NCBI GenBank assembly: GCA_002687175.1
Contig: NYZP01000030.1
Span: 227-64,226, forward strand
Direction: 5' to 3'
DNA length: 64,000 bases
Source: Parcubacteria group bacterium
GTDB lineage: Bacteria > Patescibacteriota > Patescibacteriia > Buchananbacterales > UBA6539
Of this stretch, positions 1 to 10,403 are shown piece by piece. Below the pieces are notes generated by a model, which made no database searches, was not told the DNA's origin, and worked only from the letters and a program-made list of their open reading frames with translations. Both the position numbers and the translations under genes were made by a program. Every line of letters starts with the position of its first letter. The first letter of the stretch is position 1.

Positions 1-21
1 TTATGTTTAAAGATAAATATT

Positions 22-285
22 ATGACCAATAAGATAAGTGAAAACTCTAACCGGGTGAAAAAAATTACTTGCAGAGCTATGGGCGGTGCCTGTGATCACG
101 AGATCACTGGGGAAACTGCCGATGAAATGATTCAAAAATCACAGCAACATGGTATGGAAGCCGTTAACAATGGTGATCAAGCTCATATGGAAGCTATGGA
201 AAAAATGAAAAATATGAGTCCAGAAGATCAAGGAAAGTTTGGAGAAGATTTTAAGAATAAGTTTGATTCTTTGTCAGACGCTTAA
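22..285 (+). CDS. DUF1059-family small metal-binding protein
   Basis: 87 aa; motif C-x6-C-D...GET..EM...H typical of DUF1059. Confidence 0.6.
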   Translation: MTNKISENSNRVKKITCRAMGGACDHEITGETADEMIQKSQQHGMEAVNNGDQAHMEAMEKMKNMSPEDQGKFGEDFKNKFDSLSDA

Positions 286-310
286 AAATATTTGAAGTTT
301 ATTGTAACTA

Positions 311-340
311 AAAACCGTCACCTTAGAAGGTGACGGTTTT
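311..340. terminator. bidirectional intrinsic terminator
   Basis: perfect hairpin AAAACCGTCACC-TTAGAA-GGTGACGGTTTT between convergent genes, A-run and T-run on either side. Confidence 0.7.
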
Positions 341-361
341 AAAATTGATTTTCGTATAAAA

Positions 362-961
362 TTAATCGCCATTTAGTGAAGTCATAAGATTTCTTTTTCG
401 AACTTCAATTACTAAATCAACTTTATCTTCATCAATACCCTTTGCTATTGCTTCCTGTTTTAATTTTTCAATTGCTGCAGTTAATTCTTCTGGTATAGTA
501 CCTTCTTTATAGTCGGTTTCTCTTAAACTTCTACGGTCTTCAAATCCTTTAGCTTCTGGATAGTGTTCTACTTCAAGTATTTGGATGTCTTTAGATAGTT
601 TTTCTAAAAGTGTATAAGTGAATTCTGCTGGCTCCTTATCAAGTATTGCAGATTCATTTTCTTGATGAAATTTTTGAGTTTTACTACGCATAATTCCAGT
701 TTCACCAAACATTTCGGATAGTTCATTTAAAACTTTGTCTCTTTCTTCCACTAGAGATGAACCCTTATCTTCCTTTTGAAGCTTTTCATATTGAGCTTGA
801 GCCTTTTTATTATCAATTTCTTCATTACTCTCGGCTAAGGCAACTGAACCCCACTCATAACCTATTTCTGCCAATTTGTTTTTAATTTCCATGTATTTTC
901 GAACAAGCCCTTTAGCCGCCGCTTCTTGCTCTGGGCCAATTTCTACTTCCATTTTCGTCAT
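362..961 (-). CDS. hypothetical acidic coiled-coil protein
   Basis: 199 aa ORF, no recognised motif. Confidence 0.5.
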   Translation of the reverse strand: MTKMEVEIGPEQEAAAKGLVRKYMEIKNKLAEIGYEWGSVALAESNEEIDNKKAQAQYEKLQKEDKGSSLVEERDKVLNELSEMFGETGIMRSKTQKFHQENESAILDKEPAEFTYTLLEKLSKDIQILEVEHYPEAKGFEDRRSLRETDYKEGTIPEELTAAIEKLKQEAIAKGIDEDKVDLVIEVRKRNLMTSLNGD

Positions 962-1048
962 ATAATAAATTATTACTAATAATAATTATATCTTAGCATT
1001 TTTGAATACTGTGTCAATCAATAACTATTTTATGGTAAACTATGATGT

Positions 1049-1678
1049 ATGAAGATACTTCTAACCTCAAGTGGTCTATTTATCCCTAAATTTTTACCAG
1101 CAATAGTTAAAAAGCCAATTGAACAAGCTAAAATTGGATGGGTGACTACTGCTTCAAAAGGTGTTGAAGATTTAACATATCTTGGACAACATCGAGATAT
1201 GATGAATGAGCTGGGATGGAATTTCGAAGAAATTGATATTGATGGAAAATCTCAAGCTGAATTAAGAAAATTGTTTTCTGATAAAGATGTTGTTCATGTT
1301 GAAGGTGGAAATACCAACTATCTCTTAATGGCAATTAGAAAAACAGGCTTTGATCAAATAATTAAAGAGTTAATTGAAAGAGGTGTGATATATGTCGGTT
1401 CCAGCGCCGGTAGTTATATTATGTGCCCAACCATTGAAATGGCTACCTGGAAAAAGGATAATAAACCGAGATATGGTTTGAAAGATTTAACTGGCTTAAA
1501 TTATGTTCCATTTTTATTATTTGCTCACTATAAACCTGAATATGATGAAATTTTAAAAAAGGCACTTAAGAATATTAAGTATCCTCTAAAAATTATTACT
1601 GACAAACAAGCTATACTTGTTGATGACAAAAAAGTAGAGCTGCTTGGAGAAGGTGAAGAAATAAAACTTAATTTATGA
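1049..1678 (+). CDS. peptidase E / S51 family dipeptidase
   Basis: 209 aa; GGNT and SAGS motifs of S51 class-I glutamine amidotransferase-like fold. Confidence 0.7.
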   Translation: MKILLTSSGLFIPKFLPAIVKKPIEQAKIGWVTTASKGVEDLTYLGQHRDMMNELGWNFEEIDIDGKSQAELRKLFSDKDVVHVEGGNTNYLLMAIRKTGFDQIIKELIERGVIYVGSSAGSYIMCPTIEMATWKKDNKPRYGLKDLTGLNYVPFLLFAHYKPEYDEILKKALKNIKYPLKIITDKQAILVDDKKVELLGEGEEIKLNL

Positions 1679-2169
1679 GAGTTCCCATTAGAAAACCCGG
1701 TAAATTTACCCACCAAAAAGCTGATCATAATTTAACTCAGGCTAAGCTTGATGAGCTTAAAGAAAAGTTGAAGAGGGTCAAGGCTAGTCACAAACCAGCA
1801 GCTGAAGAACTGGCTCGACTTAGAGAATTAGGTGATTTATCGGAAAACGCTGCTTATCAAATAGCCAAAGGAAAGTTAAGAGGTATTAATCAGCGAATTA
1901 CTGATTTAACTAATCAAATTAATTACGCCGTGGTAATTAAACCAGCAAATTCTGGAGTGGTTCAGTTGGGCAATACTGTGACTGTTAAAATTAATGGTGA
2001 GGAAAAAGAATATTTAATTTTAGGATCAAATGAAGCTGATCCGGGCCGTAATATTATTTCTCATAATTCACCAATTGGTGCAGCTTTAATGGGACGGCGA
2101 AAAGGGGACGAGATAGAAGTTGAACAACGAAAAAATATTATTAAATTCAAGATTATTAAAATTATTTAA
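1675..2169 (+). CDS. greA: transcription elongation factor GreA
   Basis: 164 aa; GDLSENAAY motif and C-terminal FKBP-like domain. Confidence 0.85.
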   Translation: MRVPIRKPGKFTHQKADHNLTQAKLDELKEKLKRVKASHKPAAEELARLRELGDLSENAAYQIAKGKLRGINQRITDLTNQINYAVVIKPANSGVVQLGNTVTVKINGEEKEYLILGSNEADPGRNIISHNSPIGAALMGRRKGDEIEVEQRKNIIKFKIIKII

Positions 2170-2178
2170 AATTCAACT

Positions 2179-2892
2179 ATGCAAATCATTGTCTTAGATA
2201 CTGAAACCACAAATCTGGACGACAAAGCCAGATTGGTTCAACTAGCATACAAAAATATGAATACTGGAGAGGAAGTTGACCAGTATTTTAAACCACCAGT
2301 ACCAATTTCTTTTGGTGCCATGGCGACACATCATATAACTGAAGAAATGATTGCTGACAAGCCTCAATTTGACGGTAGTGATCAGCAAAGCAAAATTATA
2401 AGTCTACTTGAAGATAATATTTTAGTAGCCCACAATGCACTGTTTGATATTAATATTTTAAGAAACGAAGGGGTACGCACACATCAATATATTGATACCT
2501 TACGTTTGTCCATGCATTTGCTAGATACCGAGCAATATAAACTTCAGTTTTTAAGATATGCCTTGGGTTTGAAGGTTAAAGGCACGGCTCATAATGCCCT
2601 CGGAGACATAGCAGTTCTGGAACTTTTATTTAATCATTTAATAAATGAAGCAAAAGAAAAATTTTCTTTAAGTTCCGATGAAGAGATTTTTGGTAAAATG
2701 ATTGAGCTAACCAAAACACCTGTGCTTTTAAAAAAATTTGCTTTTGGTAAACATGCCGGAAAAACATTTGAGCAAGTCAATGAAACTGATCAAGGTTATT
2801 TGAAATGGCTTTATGAAAGTGAGTCAAAGAAACCTCAGCTTAAGCAAAGTGAGGAATTAGTTTATACTTTAAAAAAGTATTTAAATTTATAA
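2179..2892 (+). CDS. DEDDh 3'-5' exonuclease (ExoX-like) with C-terminal DUF3820-like domain
   Basis: 237 aa; N-terminal VLDTETT exo motif, HNALFD, C-terminal FGKHAGKTFEQV...GYLKWL. Confidence 0.7.
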   Translation: MQIIVLDTETTNLDDKARLVQLAYKNMNTGEEVDQYFKPPVPISFGAMATHHITEEMIADKPQFDGSDQQSKIISLLEDNILVAHNALFDINILRNEGVRTHQYIDTLRLSMHLLDTEQYKLQFLRYALGLKVKGTAHNALGDIAVLELLFNHLINEAKEKFSLSSDEEIFGKMIELTKTPVLLKKFAFGKHAGKTFEQVNETDQGYLKWLYESESKKPQLKQSEELVYTLKKYLNL

Positions 2893-2896
2893 TAGT

Positions 2897-3091
2897 ATGG
2901 ATGGAAATATTAGAGAAAATATAGAGCCAGGTCAAGAGGTTGATATTGTGTTAAAACATCATCAACACAGCGGTGAACTAACCCGAGGGATTGTCGCTGA
3001 TATTTTAACCAAATCGTTGGATCATCCTCACGGGATCAAGGTTAGATTAGAAACAGGAGAAGTTGGCAGAGTCCAAGAGATTATTGAATAA
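2897..3091 (+). CDS. YwbE-family protein (DUF2196)
   Basis: 64 aa; GIVADILT...HPHGIKVRLETGEVGRV signature. Confidence 0.65.
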   Translation: MDGNIRENIEPGQEVDIVLKHHQHSGELTRGIVADILTKSLDHPHGIKVRLETGEVGRVQEIIE

Positions 3092-3103
3092 ATATTACTA
3101 TTT

Positions 3104-3137
3104 AAAAAAAGCCCCGCCTTGAGAGACGGGGTTTTTT
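3104..3137 (+). terminator. intrinsic terminator
   Basis: GCCCCGCC-loop-GGCGGGGC? stem CCCCG/CGGGG followed by TTTTTT. Confidence 0.65.
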
Positions 3138-3283
3138 AAAGACTTTGAAAGACTAATTTATGATTTCATCCGATAGCTTTCAACCAGTCGGTTTTCTTTC
3201 AAAATCTTAATTCTTAAATATATATTTTTAAAGAATAGATCACTATACACTATCTAAGTTTTTTTGTCAATAGTGGTAGTTTT

Positions 3284-5077
3284 TTAGCCTTTTCTGGAAG
3301 CTCTTATTCTATCAACTTCTTTTAACTGCTGTTTTCGTAATCTAACACTTTTTGGCGTAATTTCTAAATATTCATCATCATTCATAATTTCCATCCCACT
3401 TTCAATGGTAAGTTCTAACGGTGGTGTTAAAGCAATAGCTTCGTCGGCTCCGGAAGAACGCATGTTAGTTAGTTGCTTACCTTTAATAGGGTTAACTGCC
3501 ATATCATCGCCTTTAGAGGCATCGCCAATAACCATGCCTTCATAGACCTCAGTGGTTGGGGCAATATAAAGCTGACCACGAGTTTGTAAATTATTTAGCG
3601 AAAATCCTAAGGCTTTTCCGGTTGCCATGGAAATCATAGAGCCAGTTGATCGTTTGGTGATTGCTCCAGCATGAGGTTTAAAATCAATGACCCGTGAGGC
3701 CATGATACCAGCACCTTTAGTATCAACAATAAACTCACCACGATAGCCTAAAAGGCCACGAGTGGGAATTTCAAACAGTAAACGGGTTTGGCCATTATGC
3801 TGATTCATGTCAGTCATTTTGCCACCACGCTTGGACAGTTTTTCAATGACCGCACCGGAGGATTCGGTTGGCGTATCAATTGTTACTTCTTCAAATGGCT
3901 CAAATTTTTTACCCTCAATTTCTTTAGTAATAACCTGAGGTTGAGAAATTTGCATTTCATAGCCTTGGCGTCTCATATTTTCTAATAATATGGCAATATG
4001 CATTTCGCCACGGCCGTGGATGCGGTAACGGTCTTTGGCTGAAAAATCAATATTCAAACCAACATTAACTTCCAACTCTTTTTTTAATCGTTCATCAAGT
4101 TGACTGTTGGTAACAAAAGTTCCTTCTTTGCCGGCAAAAGGAGAGTTGTTAACTAATAGGTCTAAAGAAATTGTTGGTTCGTCAATTGAAATAGCTGGTA
4201 AAGCTTCTTGGTATTCAGTTTCACAAATTGTTTCACCGATATCAATGTCGGAAATACCAGCAGCCATAATAATGTCTCCGGCTTTGGCTGTTTCTACTTC
4301 TTTTCTATCGAAACCTTCAAAGGTAAATAATTTTGTAATACTGGCCTTACGATTTTCTCCTTTACTGTTTTTAATAACTACTTTTTGAGCTTTAGCAATG
4401 GTACCTTCATATATACGGCCAACCGCTAACCGACCTAAATAATCATCATAAGCTAAATTAAAAGGTTGCATCCGCAACTGTGCTTCAACATCATTAGGAG
4501 CAGGGGAGACATATTCTAAAATGGTATCTAACAACGGATCCATATTATCAGAATTATCATCTAAATTTTTTTTAGCTAAACCTTGGACACCAATTGAGTA
4601 AACGGTAATGAAATCAAGTTGATCATCATTGGCACCTAAATCCATGAAAAGTTCTAATACTTGATCATGTGCTTTGTGAGGATCTGCTGCTGGTTTATCA
4701 ATTTTATTTAAAACAACAATTGGCTTTAAACCAAGCTCTAAAGATTTTTTTAAAACAAATCTGGTTTGAGGCATTGGTCCTTCTTGAGCATCAACAATTA
4801 ATAGTACTGAATCAATGGAACGCAAAACACGCTCAACTTCTGAACTGAAGTCAGCGTGACCAGGAGTATCAACAATATTAATTTTAGTATCCTTATATAT
4901 TAATGAAGCGTTCTTGGCATAAATTGTAATACCTCGTTCTTGTTCTAAGGTATCAGAATCCATGCTAACGCCGTCACCAATCATCCCAGTTTGTTTCATC
5001 ATGGCATCAACCAAAGTTGTCTTTCCATGATCAACGTGAGCAATGATCGCTATATTTCTAGTTTCTTTATAATTCAT
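3284..5077 (-). CDS. typA: translational GTPase TypA/BipA
   Basis: 597 aa; AHVDHGKTT G1, DTPGH, NKID motifs, TypA-specific C-terminus. Confidence 0.9.
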   Translation of the reverse strand: MNYKETRNIAIIAHVDHGKTTLVDAMMKQTGMIGDGVSMDSDTLEQERGITIYAKNASLIYKDTKINIVDTPGHADFSSEVERVLRSIDSVLLIVDAQEGPMPQTRFVLKKSLELGLKPIVVLNKIDKPAADPHKAHDQVLELFMDLGANDDQLDFITVYSIGVQGLAKKNLDDNSDNMDPLLDTILEYVSPAPNDVEAQLRMQPFNLAYDDYLGRLAVGRIYEGTIAKAQKVVIKNSKGENRKASITKLFTFEGFDRKEVETAKAGDIIMAAGISDIDIGETICETEYQEALPAISIDEPTISLDLLVNNSPFAGKEGTFVTNSQLDERLKKELEVNVGLNIDFSAKDRYRIHGRGEMHIAILLENMRRQGYEMQISQPQVITKEIEGKKFEPFEEVTIDTPTESSGAVIEKLSKRGGKMTDMNQHNGQTRLLFEIPTRGLLGYRGEFIVDTKGAGIMASRVIDFKPHAGAITKRSTGSMISMATGKALGFSLNNLQTRGQLYIAPTTEVYEGMVIGDASKGDDMAVNPIKGKQLTNMRSSGADEAIALTPPLELTIESGMEIMNDDEYLEITPKSVRLRKQQLKEVDRIRASRKG

Positions 5078-5193
5078 CGTTTAGGTTTTTAGCTTGTAGC
5101 TTTTTAGGCTTTTTAAAAAATAAAAAGGTCGCTAAATTGACCTTGTAATCAAAAACTTAATATAGCACTAATTTTTGACTTTGTCAATGAAAA

Positions 5194-5222
5194 TCGTCAA
5201 AACTTGTTGTTTTTGGTATAAT
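5194..5222 (+). promoter_or_regulatory. candidate sigma70 promoter with extended -10 (TGgTATAAT)
   Basis: TGGTATAAT at 5214-5222, weak -35 TCGTCA 17 bp upstream; immediately precedes ATG 5229. Confidence 0.4.
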
Positions 5223-5228
5223 GAATTC

Positions 5229-6914
5229 ATGAAGAGGATATTCAAATCTAAAATTTTTTGGGTCATCATAGTCCTTTTAGTAATTGGAGGACTTGCTTTG
5301 GTTCAATTTTTAGTCAGTAGACAGCAGATAGAATATATCACTGAAGAGGTAAAAATTGGCGATGTTAAGCAAACTGTATCGGCTACTGGTCAACTAAAGT
5401 CAGCCATCGATATTGAACTAAATTTTAAAACTACCGGAAGATTAAATTCGTTGAATGTTTTTGTTGGTAGCAAGATAATAAAAGGCCAGCAGTTAGCTAC
5501 CTTAAGAGCGGTTGATTTACAAATTGATATAAATATCGCTAAGGCGAACTTACTTGAAGCTCAAGCAAATTTACAGAAAATTTTAGCAGGTGCGACTAGA
5601 GAGGAAGTAGCTTTAAAAGAAGCAGAAGTAGCTAAGTCTGAATCAGCCTTAACAAGTGCTAAATCAGATTTAATTAATAATGAAATTATATATACTCAAG
5701 CATTAAATAATGCTGAGGACAATTTGTTAAGGGATATTAACAGTTCATTAAGTAAAGCCAGTTTTTCTTTGCAGGAAATGGACGACACTATAAATTTTGA
5801 AGGTAACGCAAATAATTTTAATACTTTTAATGGTAGTTTAGAAAATAGTTTTTTATTAAGTTATGACATAGCTAAAGAAAAATTTAGCATTGCCGATGAG
5901 TCCTATAGCTTAACTATTGTAAGTCCAACTAAACAAAACATCGAAATTACTGCTGATCGGACACTAAGTGCATTAATGCAGGTCAGTGATACTTTAGATG
6001 ATTTGAGTAGTTTATTGGACTTTGTTTTAACTAATGCCAATCTAACTATAACCAAATTAGATACTTTAAAAACAACTATTAATACTGAGCGAACAACAAC
6101 CAATACCAGCATTGATACGGTGGTAACTGAAAACCAAGATTTAATCGATGCTCAAATCGATTATGATACTAAAATCGTTGATACCCAAAACGATATCAAT
6201 GAAGCCGAAAAAGCACTGGTTAAAGCACAGGCTGATCTTAATTTAATCAAAGCACCGGCTAGATCAGAAGATATTTTATTAGCCCAAGCTAAAGTGAGCA
6301 AAGCTGAAGCTGATTTGGCTCAGGCCCAAGAGGGTTTATCCGATACAATTATTATTGCTCCACAAGATGGGATTATTACTAATATTAACTATGAAATTGG
6401 TGAACAAACTTCATTAACCACAGCAATCATTGAAATGTCGGCCAGTAAAAATTTTAAAATAGAAGTTGATATACCAGAAAGTGACATAGCCAAAGTGGAA
6501 GTTGGTGATTTTATCAATGTGACCCTAGATGCTTTTACTGAGGATGATATTTTTAAAGCTGAAGTTGTTAGTATTGATCCAGCGGAAACTGAAATTCAAG
6601 ATGTTATCTATTTTAACGTCACTGCACTATTGAACGATTCTCAAGATGAATCAATCGCTGAGTTAATACCAAAGATTAAACCAGGAATGACCGCTAATAT
6701 TGAAATTTCTACGGCTGAAGTAAATAATGTTTTAATTATTCCATTTCGAGCAGTTAAAGAAATTGAAGGCCGAAAAATAGTTGAGGTTTTAGAAAATGAA
6801 AAACCTCGAGAAGTTACTATTAGTACTGGTTTACGTGGTGATGAAGGAGAAGTTGAAGTAACTTCAGGTTTAAATGTTGGCCAAAATGTTATAACTTCGG
6901 TAAGAGAAAAGTAA
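5229..6914 (+). CDS. HlyD/MacA-type periplasmic adaptor (membrane fusion protein) with long coiled coil
   Basis: N-terminal TM, long coiled-coil, C-terminal beta-barrel (IIAPQDGIITNINYEIGE); ORF track offers TTG at 5175 but ATG 5229 follows promoter. Confidence 0.7.
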   Translation: MKRIFKSKIFWVIIVLLVIGGLALVQFLVSRQQIEYITEEVKIGDVKQTVSATGQLKSAIDIELNFKTTGRLNSLNVFVGSKIIKGQQLATLRAVDLQIDINIAKANLLEAQANLQKILAGATREEVALKEAEVAKSESALTSAKSDLINNEIIYTQALNNAEDNLLRDINSSLSKASFSLQEMDDTINFEGNANNFNTFNGSLENSFLLSYDIAKEKFSIADESYSLTIVSPTKQNIEITADRTLSALMQVSDTLDDLSSLLDFVLTNANLTITKLDTLKTTINTERTTTNTSIDTVVTENQDLIDAQIDYDTKIVDTQNDINEAEKALVKAQADLNLIKAPARSEDILLAQAKVSKAEADLAQAQEGLSDTIIIAPQDGIITNINYEIGEQTSLTTAIIEMSASKNFKIEVDIPESDIAKVEVGDFINVTLDAFTEDDIFKAEVVSIDPAETEIQDVIYFNVTALLNDSQDESIAELIPKIKPGMTANIEISTAEVNNVLIIPFRAVKEIEGRKIVEVLENEKPREVTISTGLRGDEGEVEVTSGLNVGQNVITSVREK

Positions 6915-6933
6915 ATTCAAATAAAACAAAATT

Positions 6934-7662
6934 ATGCAAGAAAGGAAATTAATTTCCGTTAAGGGACTAAAAAAAGAATTTGTCTCTGGTGAAGTGGTTA
7001 CTAAAGTTTTGAAAGGTCTTGATTTCGAAATTGCTAAGGGTGAATTTATAGCCATAATGGGGCCATCAGGCTCAGGAAAATCAACGTTAATGCACGTCTT
7101 AGGATTTTTAGAAAGATTGACCGAAGGTCAATATTTTTTTGATAATGAGGATATTTCACAATTTACTGACGAAAAATTAGCAAAGTATCGAAATAATAAA
7201 ATCGGTTTTATTTTTCAAACTTATAATTTACTTCCTAAAACCTCAATTTACGACAACGTTAAATTGCCCTTGATTTACGCTGATATAAAATCAAACGAAA
7301 TGGACAAGAGAGTTAAGCAGGCAGTAGCAGCAGTTGGTTTGACTCATCGTATAGATTTTTTATCAAACCAATTATCTGGTGGCGAGCAACAACGAGTAGC
7401 CATTGCTCGGGCCTTGGTCAATAACCCAAGTGTTATTTTTGCTGATGAACCAACCGGAAATTTAGATTCAACAGCCGGACAACAAATTATGAAGATTATC
7501 CAAGACTTAAACAAGAAAGGTAGGACTATAATATTGGTTACTCATGAACAAGATACTGCCGAACATGCTAAACGAATCATCCACATCAAAGACGGATTAA
7601 TTGAAAGTGATAAAAATGTTAAAAATCAACGCAATGCCATGAATCACAAATTACAGAAGTAG
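6934..7662 (+). CDS. ABC transporter ATP-binding protein (MacB/LolD-type)
   Basis: 242 aa; Walker [10 protein letters not shown], signature LSGGEQQR, Walker B IFADEPT. Confidence 0.9.
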   Translation: MQERKLISVKGLKKEFVSGEVVTKVLKGLDFEIAKGEFIAIMGPSGSGKSTLMHVLGFLERLTEGQYFFDNEDISQFTDEKLAKYRNNKIGFIFQTYNLLPKTSIYDNVKLPLIYADIKSNEMDKRVKQAVAAVGLTHRIDFLSNQLSGGEQQRVAIARALVNNPSVIFADEPTGNLDSTAGQQIMKIIQDLNKKGRTIILVTHEQDTAEHAKRIIHIKDGLIESDKNVKNQRNAMNHKLQK

Positions 7663-7664
7663 TT

Positions 7665-8906
7665 ATGAATTTAATTGAAAGTTTCATTAGTAGTATTAAA
7701 AATATCAGAGCGCATAAACTGCGTTCGTTTTTAACTATGCTCGGAATGATTATTGGAATTTCAGCAGTAATTATTATTTTATCACTTGGCGCTGGAGCTC
7801 AAGGTTTAATTTTAGATCAAATCAGTGGAGTCGGTACGAATTTAATTGGTGTATTACCAGGTCAGGCCGAAGAAGATGGTCCACCGGCCTCTATTTTAGG
7901 CATTACTGTTACTACCTTAAAATTCGAAGATGCCCAGGCTATTGGTGAAAGTCGGAACGCCCCAAATGTTCAGGATGTGGCTGCTTATGTTCGGGGAACT
8001 GCCACGGTAGTTTATCGCAATAAGGATGTAGGAACCAGCTTTACTGGCACAACCGCTAGTTATTTAGATGTTGAAGAAACTGATGTTAAACAAGGAAGAT
8101 TTTTTGATCAGTCAGAAGAAGTGGGCATTCATCGGGTAGCCGTTTTAGGTAGCACATTAACTAAAGATTTATTTGGTGAACAAAATCCAATCGGTCAAAA
8201 TATTAAAATTAAAAAAGAACTTTTTCGAGTAGTAGGTGTAATGAAAGAAAGGGGAAGTAGTTTTTTTGTAAATCAAGACGATGAGATTTTTGTTCCTTTA
8301 CAGACAGCCCAAAAGATTTTGTTGGGAATTAATCATTTAAATTTTATTAGAGCCAAAATTGATAGCCCAGAAAATATTGAACAAAGCCTCGAAGATATTA
8401 AAGTAACTCTTAGGGAAAAACATGACATTGATAATCCTGAAGAAGATGATTTTACAGTCAGAAGTACCCAAACAGCCACTGATATATTAACCCAAGTAAC
8501 CAATGCTTTAAAATTTTTCCTAGTCGCTATTGCTTCGATTGCTTTAATCGTCGGTGGTATTGGCATTATGAATATAATGTTAGTGGTGGTGAACGAACGA
8601 ATAAGGGAAATCGGTCTACGTAAGGCTTTAGGGGCCACTAGGAAAGATGTTATCGGTCAATTTATCATGGAAACGGTTATAATCTCACTAATCGGCGGAG
8701 TAATTGGTATTATCATTGGAGCCTTAATTTCAGTTATTATTTCACTAGTGATTAATTATTTAGGTTTTTCTTGGCAGTTAGTAATTTCTTTAAGTTCAAT
8801 ACTAATTGCTGTAACATTTTCAATTATCGTTGGTTTAGTTTTTGGAATTTATCCAGCCTTAAAAGCAGCTAAGCTAGATCCAATTACTGCTTTAAGATAC
8901 GAATAA
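7665..8906 (+). CDS. ABC transporter permease, FtsX/MacB family
   Basis: 413 aa; N-terminal TM, large periplasmic domain, C-terminal 3 TM with GIMNIMLV motif. Confidence 0.85.
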   Translation: MNLIESFISSIKNIRAHKLRSFLTMLGMIIGISAVIIILSLGAGAQGLILDQISGVGTNLIGVLPGQAEEDGPPASILGITVTTLKFEDAQAIGESRNAPNVQDVAAYVRGTATVVYRNKDVGTSFTGTTASYLDVEETDVKQGRFFDQSEEVGIHRVAVLGSTLTKDLFGEQNPIGQNIKIKKELFRVVGVMKERGSSFFVNQDDEIFVPLQTAQKILLGINHLNFIRAKIDSPENIEQSLEDIKVTLREKHDIDNPEEDDFTVRSTQTATDILTQVTNALKFFLVAIASIALIVGGIGIMNIMLVVVNERIREIGLRKALGATRKDVIGQFIMETVIISLIGGVIGIIIGALISVIISLVINYLGFSWQLVISLSSILIAVTFSIIVGLVFGIYPALKAAKLDPITALRYE

Positions 8907-8907
8907 T

Positions 8908-10155
8908 ATGATTTCTGAGTCATTAAAAATTGCAATTGATGCTTTAAAGAATAATTTATCACGAACGGTCTTAACCGTACTGGGTATTGTAATTGGAATT
9001 TCTTCAGTGATTACCGTTATTGCGGTAGGGCAAGGTATTAAACAATTTGTTGTTAAACAAGTTGAGGGTTTTGGACCTGACTTAATTGAAGTTGAAATTA
9101 AAGTTCCGTCAGCCGGTAAAACTTCTTCGGAAAATGCCGTTGGCATCGCAACTGGTATTGAAATTACGACCTTAACAATTAATGATCAGCAAGCAATTAA
9201 TAAATTGCCTAATATCAAAAATTCTTATGCCGGTTCAATTGGCCAACAAATTGTTTCATTTGAGGATAAAAATAAACAAGTTTTATTATTTGGGGTAACT
9301 TCGGAGTTTATTAATATTGATACCGCTAATGTTGAAACCGGAAGATTTTTTACAGATGATGAGGATCGGTCATTAGCCAATGTAGTTGTCATTGGATCAA
9401 AGGTTAAAGAAGAAATTTTTGGTGATGGTGACCACTTGGGTAAATTAGTAAAAATGGGTAATCAAAAGTTTCGTGTTATTGGTGCCCTTGAGAGTAGGGG
9501 AACTACCTTTGGTTTTGATATGGATGATATGATTTACGTTCCTACCAGAACGTTGCAGAAAAAAATTATGGGTGTTGACCACGTTAGTTTCATGATGGTT
9601 CAAGTTTTTGACAGCACAATAGTTGAAGAAACTGCCGAAGAGATAACCTGGCTATTACGTGACCGGCATGATATTACTGATCCTGATAAAGACGATTTTC
9701 ATGCCACTTCCATGGCAGAAGCCTTAGAAATTCTCGATACGGTATTTTGGGCAATATCACTTTTATTAATAGCTGTAGCCAGTGTCTCATTAATTGTTGG
9801 TGGTGTAGGTATTATGAATATAATGTATGTGTCAGTAATGGAACGGGTGTACGAAATAGGTTTACGTAAAGCTGTTGGTGCTTCCAGAAAAGAAATTTTA
9901 AATCAATTTTTATGGGAAGCAATTATTATTACTTTCTTTGGAGCAGTTATTGGAATAATTGTTGGCGTTATATTATCGTTAATCATTACTTTTGCAGCTA
10001 AATCACAAGGTCTTGATCTACAATTAATCATTTCCTTTTCCTCAATTGTTTTATCTTGTGGCGTAGCTGTTATGATTGGATTGGTTTTTGGTATTTTACC
10101 GGCTCGTACTGCTGCTAAAATGGATGTAATTCAAGCTCTTAGATATAATAAATAG
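8908..10155 (+). CDS. ABC transporter permease, FtsX/MacB family (paralog)
   Basis: 415 aa; same architecture, GIMNIMYVSV motif. Confidence 0.85.
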   Translation: MISESLKIAIDALKNNLSRTVLTVLGIVIGISSVITVIAVGQGIKQFVVKQVEGFGPDLIEVEIKVPSAGKTSSENAVGIATGIEITTLTINDQQAINKLPNIKNSYAGSIGQQIVSFEDKNKQVLLFGVTSEFINIDTANVETGRFFTDDEDRSLANVVVIGSKVKEEIFGDGDHLGKLVKMGNQKFRVIGALESRGTTFGFDMDDMIYVPTRTLQKKIMGVDHVSFMMVQVFDSTIVEETAEEITWLLRDRHDITDPDKDDFHATSMAEALEILDTVFWAISLLLIAVASVSLIVGGVGIMNIMYVSVMERVYEIGLRKAVGASRKEILNQFLWEAIIITFFGAVIGIIVGVILSLIITFAAKSQGLDLQLIISFSSIVLSCGVAVMIGLVFGILPARTAAKMDVIQALRYNK

Positions 10156-10189
10156 TAAATTTAAAAAAGAATTTGTAAACCAGTCGTTA

Positions 10190-10385
10190 AAACATGAAGC
10201 CTCGCGCAAGAGAGAAAAGATACCGTTATACGCCAAGGCATCAGCGCCTTTGGTACAAAATCAAGAGATTTATAAGAAGGCTATCACGGCCTGTAGATGA
10301 CGAGACACTAAAGTGTCTTAAATCTCAAAACAAACAACGACCCCAGGTTTCATTACCCGGGGTCGTTTCACGTCCAAAAAAACGT
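10190..10385 (+). ncRNA. GC-rich structured intergenic element, possible small RNA (unassigned)
   Basis: GC well above flanks; hairpins GACAC-TAAA-GTGTC, GACCCC...GGGGTC; overlapping 66-aa ORF has implausible composition. Confidence 0.25.
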
Positions 10386-10403
10386 ATATTTTAATATCTT
10401 TAG

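Noticed and set aside
3788-4388. Plus-strand ORFs 3788-3985 and 4107-4388 and other antisense ORFs inside long genes (5903-6112, 8333-8638, 8892-9146, 11998-12213, 12418-12648, 23447-24133, 28496-28900, 31612-32421, 36148-36434, 38881-39171, 53355-53660, 54425-54898, 61217-62800)
   Set aside because: Each is antisense within a well-supported conserved gene, lacks an RBS, and has low-complexity composition typical of shadow ORFs in AT-rich DNA.
10194-10394. 66-aa extremely basic ORF (MKPRAREKRYRYTPRHQR...)
   Set aside because: No RBS, and its composition is driven by a GC-rich palindromic spacer. Better explained as a structured RNA or spacer.
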